A DNA stretch of 64,000 bases, taken from NCBI GenBank assembly GCA_963836755.1, contig CAWIKF010000002.1, positions 608,001 to 672,000 of the forward strand, given 5' to 3'. Position 1 is the stretch's first letter. The number at the start of each line of letters is the position of its first letter. Origin of the DNA: an uncultured Verrucomicrobiae bacterium (GTDB lineage: Bacteria > Verrucomicrobiota > Verrucomicrobiia > Chthoniobacterales > Chthoniobacteraceae). Of the stretch, positions 57,894-64,000 are shown in pieces. The position numbers and the translations under genes were made by a program. The notes below the pieces were generated by a model that was not told where the DNA came from, made no database searches, and was given only the letters and a program-made list of their open reading frames with translations.

Positions 57894-58712
57894 TCACCCG
57901 CCGACCGCCTGATAGCGCCGCACGCCGCGGCTCCACATCAAGCGCGCGAGACTCCACGTCAGCAGCAGCCACCCTGTTTGGATCGCAAGTCCGCTCCACA
58001 ACGAACCTGCGCGAACTTTTTCCAAAAACACCGCGATTGGGAAAAAAAGTTCGTAGGTGAAAGGCAGCCAATGCATGGCGCCTTGCATCCACGCCGGCAT
58101 GATATCGAGAGGAAAAATGTGGCCGCTCAGGAAATATTCGAACGAGTAAAGAATGAAAACAATCGTCGAGATTTCCAGGATCCAAAACGCGAGCATCGCC
58201 AGCGCGTAAGCGACAAAAAATTGAATGAAGCCCGCCATCACGAGCGAGATCGCCGCGAGCGGCCACGTGAGCGGATCGCGCGGGAGCGTGATGTAGCTGC
58301 GGAACCACCAAAAGATCAGCCCGACCGGCACGATCGTCACTAAAGTGTATAACAACCGATAGCTCAAAAAAAGACTGATCCGGTAGTGCAGATAGTTCAG
58401 CGGCTTTGTCAGAAACGCGTTCATCTGCCCGTCGCGAATATCCGCCGCGATCTGCCACTCGTCCTCGGTCGGCGTGACGAGGTTGTCGACGAGGATCGTC
58501 AGCATAAAATAAAAAATCATCGCGTTGAAATCATAGCCGGCGACGCTCGTGCTCCGTTCCTGAAAAATCGCGCGCCAGATGAAAACCGTTCCCGCGAGCG
58601 GCACGAATCCGAAGAGCGCGCGCAGCAGAAAATTCCAGCGGTAGACGAAAGTATTCTGCAGGCCGATGTCGAAAACCTTGAGATATTTTGCGAGAGCCAT
58701 TGCGTGCGGCAT
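57894..58712 (-). CDS. ABC-2 family (DUF990-like) transporter permease
   Basis: IRDGQMNAFLTKP, FLSGHIFPLD..P, LPF, YQAVGG C-terminus. Confidence 0.88.
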   Translation of the reverse strand: MPHAMALAKYLKVFDIGLQNTFVYRWNFLLRALFGFVPLAGTVFIWRAIFQERSTSVAGYDFNAMIFYFMLTILVDNLVTPTEDEWQIAADIRDGQMNAFLTKPLNYLHYRISLFLSYRLLYTLVTIVPVGLIFWWFRSYITLPRDPLTWPLAAISLVMAGFIQFFVAYALAMLAFWILEISTIVFILYSFEYFLSGHIFPLDIMPAWMQGAMHWLPFTYELFFPIAVFLEKVRAGSLWSGLAIQTGWLLLTWSLARLMWSRGVRRYQAVGG

Positions 58713-58814
58713 GACTTCCTAGCAGCCCCTAGCGAAAAGCGAAAGCGGCACGTCAGCGCGAAAGGCGGACGTCTTTTTTAACTGCGGCTCATCGAGCCGG
58801 AATCGGCGCTGTGT

Positions 58815-59036
58815 CTACGCCAGTCTGCTTTCGCCGTCGGCCGCGGGCATCCATTTCCACGTCTGCTCGCCGAGCCAGACGCAGGCGATGTCGAGCGCGT
58901 CGGGATGCTGGTTGCTCCAGATCGTGTAGTGAAATCCTGTCTCGTCCTCATATCCTTCAGGCGCGCGCTCCAGCATCACGATGAGCGCGACCATTGAAAG
59001 CGATGAAGCGAAGAAAAATCCGGCGAGTATCAACAT
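58815..59036 (-). CDS. Small membrane-anchored hypothetical protein
   Basis: One TM helix followed by APEGYEDETGFH. Confidence 0.55.
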   Translation of the reverse strand: MLILAGFFFASSLSMVALIVMLERAPEGYEDETGFHYTIWSNQHPDALDIACVWLGEQTWKWMPAADGESRLA

Positions 59037-59114
59037 AATCGCGGAAAAAGGAGCAAAGTGCGTGCCCGAAGTGCGAAAAAAGTTTCGCTTTTTAAACAAA
59101 AGGTTGGCGCGCGC

Positions 59115-60026
59115 TCACCTTGGAATTTTCGGCTCCTCATCCCGCTCTTTCCAGCGCGCCAGCGATTGCTCGTGCAGATGACGGCGATGAAAAAACCGCG
59201 GCAGCACGCCATATTTTGGGCTGAAGAGAAATGCGAGGCAGAAAATTCCGCCGAGCACCAGCACGATGCACGCGCCGGACGGAAGATTGAGCCAGTAGGA
59301 AAGAAACAGCCCAAGCGTGGAGCCGGCCATGCCGAGAATTCCGCCGCCCCAAAACATCGCGCTGAAGGAATTGGAAAAAAGATAGATCGTCGCCGCGGGC
59401 GCAGTCAGCAGGCCGAGCGCGAGAATCACTCCGACCGCTTGCAGCGACGAAATCATCGAGAGCACGAGCAATGAAAGAATGAGGTAATTGAGCTTCGTGA
59501 CCGGCACGCCCTGCGTCGCCGCGATTGCCGGCTCGAACAGCATGACCAGCAGCGGCCTTTGCAAAGCGACCAGCGTCCCGAGCGTGAGAAAACTGATCCA
59601 GTAGATCGTCCACAAATCGGAATCCGCGAGGCCGAGAATGTTGCCAAACAAGTAATGATGCAGCTCCACGTGCACGCGCGAAAAACTCAGCAGCACGATG
59701 CCGAGCGAAAATGCGACGGTGTAAAGAATGCCGAGCGACGTGTCTTCCTTCACGCGAGAGCTGCGCGAAATCAGCTCCGAGCCGAGCGCGACGAGCAGCG
59801 CCGCGATGAGTGCGCCGATGAAAAGTCCTGTCGGCGCGAGGCCGAAAAGCATCACGCCGATCGCGAGGCCTGGCAGCAGCGAATGCGAGAGCGCATCAGC
59901 CATCAGCGCGAGCCGGCGCAGCACGATGAACGCGCTCAGGAAACCATTAGTGAAGCCGATCAGCGCGCAGCCAAAAAGCGCGCGCTGCATGAATTCGTGG
60001 CGAAAAGGTTCAAGCAGCCACGTCAT
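59115..60026 (-). CDS. Zn/Mn ABC transporter permease (ZnuB/MntB-like)
   Basis: DALSHSLLPG, YLFGNIL, VGVIL...APAAT, PSGACIVL. Confidence 0.93.
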   Translation of the reverse strand: MTWLLEPFRHEFMQRALFGCALIGFTNGFLSAFIVLRRLALMADALSHSLLPGLAIGVMLFGLAPTGLFIGALIAALLVALGSELISRSSRVKEDTSLGILYTVAFSLGIVLLSFSRVHVELHHYLFGNILGLADSDLWTIYWISFLTLGTLVALQRPLLVMLFEPAIAATQGVPVTKLNYLILSLLVLSMISSLQAVGVILALGLLTAPAATIYLFSNSFSAMFWGGGILGMAGSTLGLFLSYWLNLPSGACIVLVLGGIFCLAFLFSPKYGVLPRFFHRRHLHEQSLARWKERDEEPKIPR

Positions 60027-60756
60027 GAGAAATGCCGGAAAATGCGTCGGTATCGTAAGTGCGCCTGATGTTTTCCTCGGTAAAAATTTCCTGCGTCGGG
60101 CCGAACGCGATGAGCTCGCCGTTGAGCAAAATCACTTCGTCAAAAAGATCGGGCACTGTTTTCAAATCGTGATGCGAGGCGATGACGAGATTGCCGCGCC
60201 GCGCGATGGCGCGCAACGTCTCGCGCATCATTTCCTGCCCGCCCTTGTCGAGCCCGGTGAACGGTTCATCGAGGAGAAAAACATGCGCCTCCTGCGCGAG
60301 CGCGCGCCCGAGAAAAGCGCGCTGCTGCTGCCCGCCGCTCAACGCGCTGATCTGGCGATCCGCGAGGTCGGTGAGGTGGAGCGACGCGAGCACATCGGCG
60401 ACAATGCGTTCATCATTTTCGCCAAAACGCTTCCACCATCCGAGCCGCATGAAACGCCCGAGCTCGACCACGGCGCGCACTGTGATCGGGAAATCCGAAT
60501 CCTGCGTGCTGCGTTGCGGCAGATACGCAAGATCGGTCGCCGAGCCGCCGGAATTGTGGCCGTGAAATCTGATCGAGCCGCTCTCAGCCGGCAGCAGGCC
60601 GACCATTGTTTTAAATAAAGTTGTCTTGCCCGCGCCGTTCGGGCCGAGCAGCGCGACGCAGGTGCCGCATTTCATTTCCATCGTGAGATGATGCAACGCG
60701 GGAACTCGGTTGTAGGAGACGGTCAGGTCGCGAATTTCCAGTCGATGTGCGGACAT
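60010..60756 (-). CDS. Zn/Mn ABC transporter ATPase
   Basis: GPNGAGKT, AYLPQR, LSGGQQQR, LLDEPFTGLD, HHDL. Confidence 0.93.
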   Translation of the reverse strand: MSAHRLEIRDLTVSYNRVPALHHLTMEMKCGTCVALLGPNGAGKTTLFKTMVGLLPAESGSIRFHGHNSGGSATDLAYLPQRSTQDSDFPITVRAVVELGRFMRLGWWKRFGENDERIVADVLASLHLTDLADRQISALSGGQQQRAFLGRALAQEAHVFLLDEPFTGLDKGGQEMMRETLRAIARRGNLVIASHHDLKTVPDLFDEVILLNGELIAFGPTQEIFTEENIRRTYDTDAFSGISHDVAA

Positions 60757-60762
60757 ATTTTT

Positions 60763-61179
60763 TCAGGGTTGAAACGTCAGCACTTCGTCCACCGGCCCGC
60801 TCGCCCAGACGACTCGCTCCAGCTTCGAGCCGTTCTCCGGCGTCACCGCGAGCTTCACTGCGCCGGGCTCGGAAGGATCTTTGAATTTTCCCTGGAGCAC
60901 GAGATCCACGCCTTCCGGTGGGAAGTCCATTTTTACATTTTCGCTCACTGGCGCGGTGCCGGCGTCGCCTTTCCAAATGACGTTGCCGAGATGCTTGACG
61001 ACAAATTGAAACGGTCCGCTTGTCGCCGTGATTTCGAGATGCAGCGAACTCTCGGCAGCGGCAGGCGCGGCCACGACTGCGGCCGCGGCGCGTCTGCTCG
61101 TGAGCTTCCGCAGCGGCACGAACATCAATGCCATGAGCGCCACGATCACCAGCAATCTGAGAAAGGGCGACCCTTGCAC
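60763..61179 (-). CDS. Hypothetical protein with N-terminal membrane anchor, within the metal ABC operon
   Basis: Short gaps to both neighbours; TM helix followed by a beta-rich domain. Confidence 0.7.
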   Translation of the reverse strand: MQGSPFLRLLVIVALMALMFVPLRKLTSRRAAAAVVAAPAAAESSLHLEITATSGPFQFVVKHLGNVIWKGDAGTAPVSENVKMDFPPEGVDLVLQGKFKDPSEPGAVKLAVTPENGSKLERVVWASGPVDEVLTFQP

Positions 61180-61185
61180 AAGCCT

Positions 61186-62082
61186 CTATTTCAGCGCGTC
61201 CACGATCGTCGTCACGTTGTGCTTCATCATTCCCTCATAAGTCGACGCATCGCCGGTGCCAAGCCCATCCGCGTAAAGTGTGCCGCCGATTTTTGCGCCC
61301 GATTCCCGCGTGATTTCCTTCGTCACTTTCGGATTTTCAATGTTCTCGAAAAAGATCGCCTTCACGCCTTGTTTTCTAATCGTGTCGATGATGTCGGAAA
61401 CTTTTTTGTTCGATGGCTCATCCTCCGTGCTCACGCCTTCGATGGAGTAAATCGTAAAGCCATTTTCCCTCGCGAAATATTGGAATGCATCGTGCGAAGT
61501 CACCAGCTTCCGGCTGTCGCGCGGCAGCTCCGCCACCTTGTGTTTCACCCAGCTTCGCAACGCTTCGAGCTTCGCAATGTAGGCCGCCGCATTTTTGTCG
61601 TATTCCGCCTTGCCGGCCGGATCGAGCTTGATCAATTCATCGCGCACGACCTGCGTTGCCTTTTCCATGTTTGCGATGCTGTGCCACCAATGCGGATCCT
61701 CGATCATCCCGCCGACAACCGTAGCCTTTTCACCCTCCTCAACCTTCATTTTCAGCGACGGAAATTTGTCACCCACCTGGACGAGATCGCCTTTCGTGCC
61801 CGCGCTTTCCTTCAGTTTTGTGAGATAACCTTCCATGTGTTTGCCCGACGCGAGCACGAGCTGCGAATCGCCGACTTGTTTAAGATCCGCGGGCGTCGGC
61901 TCGTATTCATGCGGATCGACTCCGGCCCGCACGAGTCCTGTCACCTCGATCTGGTCACCGCCGACCGCCTGCGCAAGTGCCGTCAGGATTGTCGAAAAAG
62001 TCGTCACCTTGATTTTGTCCGCGGCTGAAGCCTGGCCGAGCGCGGACGCCAGAAACAAAAGCGGCAGCAGGATTTTTCTCAC
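61186..62082 (-). CDS. Zn/Mn ABC substrate-binding protein (TroA/ZnuA family)
   Basis: DPHEYEPTP, DPHWW, TSHDAFQYF, LYAD. Confidence 0.93.
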   Translation of the reverse strand: MRKILLPLLFLASALGQASAADKIKVTTFSTILTALAQAVGGDQIEVTGLVRAGVDPHEYEPTPADLKQVGDSQLVLASGKHMEGYLTKLKESAGTKGDLVQVGDKFPSLKMKVEEGEKATVVGGMIEDPHWWHSIANMEKATQVVRDELIKLDPAGKAEYDKNAAAYIAKLEALRSWVKHKVAELPRDSRKLVTSHDAFQYFARENGFTIYSIEGVSTEDEPSNKKVSDIIDTIRKQGVKAIFFENIENPKVTKEITRESGAKIGGTLYADGLGTGDASTYEGMMKHNVTTIVDALK

Positions 62083-62112
62083 GAATCAAACGTAGAACCG
62101 TGTCGAACTAAC

Positions 62113-62125
62113 GCAAGCAAATTGC
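62113..62125. promoter_or_regulatory. Possible Fur-family (Zur-like) operator
   Basis: GCAA-GCAAA-TTGC inverted repeat ~30 bp upstream of the metal-binding protein start; assignment is inference. Confidence 0.3.
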
Positions 62126-62161
62126 AAAAGGAAATCAACTTTCGATAAAAGTTCCGTGCCT

Positions 62162-62743
62162 TCAATGCGCTCCCTGCAAGACAACCTCCGAAAGCGCCAC
62201 GGGACTGCCTTTTGCGCCGGGATAAATCTCCACAATCTCCAGCGTCATCCGGTCGCCAGAATGCACCATGATGTCGTCAAAACTGAAGTGCTGCCAACGG
62301 CGCGTGTCGGCAAACTGCACGTAATAAAGCGGCTTGCCGTTGTAATAAAACCTCGCCTTTTTCACGCGTGCAAAATTCTTCCATGTCTCCTGCGTGTCCC
62401 AATTGCCGTCGATGACATCCAGTCCATAAAACGGCACATTGTCCTCCATTTCCGCCGGAAGTTTTTTCGGAAAAAAGAAAGTCAACTTTGCACCGATGCC
62501 GGTGGGATCCGTCCACGGCGGCGACGGTTTATCATCGTTTAACACAGTAACTTTGACAGGAGTTGTGCCTTTCGCCGGAACTGCCTGCACAGTCCATGGA
62601 AAGGCGCATTTCATCGAGCATCCGCCCATCAATTCCGGGATGACCGGAGTGCCGATCGTTGGTTTCAAAGTCGGCAGATCATCGGCGAAAACCGCCGTCG
62701 CGGTGAGCCAGATCGCGAAAAGAAAAATGTTCTGACGTTTCAT
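62162..62743 (-). CDS. Secreted hypothetical protein with discoidin/NADase-type glycan-binding-like domain
   Basis: Signal peptide; RVKK...LEIVEIYPG...ALSEV pattern. Confidence 0.55.
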   Translation of the reverse strand: MKRQNIFLFAIWLTATAVFADDLPTLKPTIGTPVIPELMGGCSMKCAFPWTVQAVPAKGTTPVKVTVLNDDKPSPPWTDPTGIGAKLTFFFPKKLPAEMEDNVPFYGLDVIDGNWDTQETWKNFARVKKARFYYNGKPLYYVQFADTRRWQHFSFDDIMVHSGDRMTLEIVEIYPGAKGSPVALSEVVLQGAH

Positions 62744-64000
62744 TTTATTCCCTCGAAGCGCAGAAGACGCGCGCTGTTAAAGATCACGAAGAACGCGCCG
62801 AATTCATGCAAAAAAGCCGCAATGATTGGCGTGATGATGCCGATGCTCGACAGGACGATCGCGGCGATGATGAACAGAAATCCGTAGAGCATATTTTGGT
62901 TGATGATTCGCAGCGCCTTCTCGGAAAGCGCGAGAAAATCCGGGATCCGGCTGAGGTCGCTGGCCATGAGCGCGATGTCGGCGGTCTGGATCGCGACGTC
63001 GCTGCCGAGCGCGCCCATCGCGACACTCAAATGCCCGGCCGCCAGCGCTGGCGCGTCGTTCACGCCGTCGCCGACGACCATGACTTTGTGCCCTTCGTTC
63101 TTGAGTCGATGCACGGTTGCGAGTTTTTGCTCCGGCAAACATTCGGCGGCGAATTCACTGAAGCCGATATTTTTCGCGATGGATTCGGCGACGCTGCGGC
63201 GATCTCCCGTGAGCATGACGAACCGCGCGATGCCTTGGTTGCGCAGCGTCGCGCCGAGGTTTCGTGATTCCTCGCGAAGCGTGTCGCTGAGATAAATGAC
63301 GCCCGCAAATTCGCCGTCCACCGCGATGTGCAGCGCGCTCAGGTCGCCTGCATTTTGATTTTCGTTTTCCATTTTGACCGCGTGTTCCCGCAACCACGCG
63401 GCGCGGCCGACTAGCACTTCGCGGCGGCCAACTTTTCCCGAAACGCCGTGCCCGTGTTTTTCCTGCACGTCCGCGGCTTCGTGAAATTCCAGCGCGCGTG
63501 TGTGCGCGGCCGCGAGCACCGCGCGCGCGACGGGGTGCGTCGAATGCTGCTCGACCGCGGCAGCCAGCGAGAGGATTTCCCGGTCGGGCATTCCGTTGTG
63601 AGCGTGAATTTCCGCGACGCGCAATTCGCCCGTGGTCAGCGTGCCGGTTTTGTCAAAAACGACGGTGTCAATTTCGTTTGCCGCTTCAAAAAAGCGGACG
63701 CTTTTGACGAGGATGCCGAGTCGTGACGCGGAGGCGAGCGCGGCGACCATCGCGGACGGACCTGCCAGCACGAAGGCGCACGGGATGCTGACCACGATCA
63801 CCGAAATCGCTCGCTGCACATCGTGTGTAAAAAAAAGAACGAAGCCCGCGATGAGCAAAATGAGTGGCGAATAATAACGCGCATATTCCTCAGTCAGCCG
63901 GACGATTGGCGCGCGCGTTTGCTGTGCTTCCTCGACGATGTCTTTGACCCGTCCCAACACAGTGTTAGCACCTGTTTTCGTCACCTCCATTTCGATCAAG
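62740..64000 (-). CDS. Heavy-metal P1B-type ATPase (N-terminus outside the window)
   Basis: SIPCAF, FDKTGTLT, HSTHP, MLTGD, VGDGVNDAPALA, HEFG. Confidence 0.92.
   Translation of the reverse strand, partial: LIEMEVTKTGANTVLGRVKDIVEEAQQTRAPIVRLTEEYARYYSPLILLIAGFVLFFTHDVQRAISVIVVSIPCAFVLAGPSAMVAALASASRLGILVKSVRFFEAANEIDTVVFDKTGTLTTGELRVAEIHAHNGMPDREILSLAAAVEQHSTHPVARAVLAAAHTRALEFHEAADVQEKHGHGVSGKVGRREVLVGRAAWLREHAVKMENENQNAGDLSALHIAVDGEFAGVIYLSDTLREESRNLGATLRNQGIARFVMLTGDRRSVAESIAKNIGFSEFAAECLPEQKLATVHRLKNEGHKVMVVGDGVNDAPALAAGHLSVAMGALGSDVAIQTADIALMASDLSRIPDFLALSEKALRIINQNMLYGFLFIIAAIVLSSIGIITPIIAAFLHEFGAFFVIFNSARLLRFEGIK

Noticed and set aside
57092..58712. ABC-2 permease pair lacking an adjacent ATPase as a novel system
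   Set aside because: The ATPase may simply be encoded elsewhere; this cannot be judged from the window.

Overview
High-GC bacterial DNA, probably Verrucomicrobiota (Chthoniobacterales-like), inferred from the PEP-CTERM autotransporter-repeat proteins and the dksA-rpmG-rpsR-rpsA arrangement. In order, the window holds: (1) a HupE/UreJ gene, a PPIase gene, a decayed sensor-kinase fragment and an att-like tRNA 3'-end palindrome with tandem 10-bp repeats (~2.36-2.53 kb); (2) a 12-gene putative organoarsenical (arsenosugar/arsenolipid-type) biosynthetic cluster at 2.7-13.2 kb, comprising an ArsM-like methyltransferase, aquaglyceroporin, desaturase/hydroxylase, rhodanese, TIGR04283- and TIGR04282-like glycosyltransferases, DUF547, DedA, a non-canonical ArsS-like radical SAM enzyme, a metallophosphoesterase and a flavoprotein, with no arsR/arsC/acr3; (3) hydA; (4) a bufferin-like MNIO (DUF692) RiPP operon with a 6-Cys CKG-repeat precursor; (5) aroC and cvpA; (6) a ~31-kb glycan-degradation region (GH28, SGNH, RhaM, GH95, GH52, YetA/PcRGLX-like lyase, an unclassified (alpha/alpha)6 enzyme, GH130-like, GH2, GH92) interrupted by two paralogous PEP-CTERM genes; (7) small orphan ORFs; (8) rpsA/rpsR/rpmG/dksA, ABC-2 permeases, a Zn/Mn ABC transporter and a P1B ATPase. 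Three degenerate arrays with a ~21-bp period sit in intergenic DNA and are not explained by any annotation. Several 1-2 nt frameshifts suggest sequencing error. All family calls come from motif recognition by eye; no database search was run.
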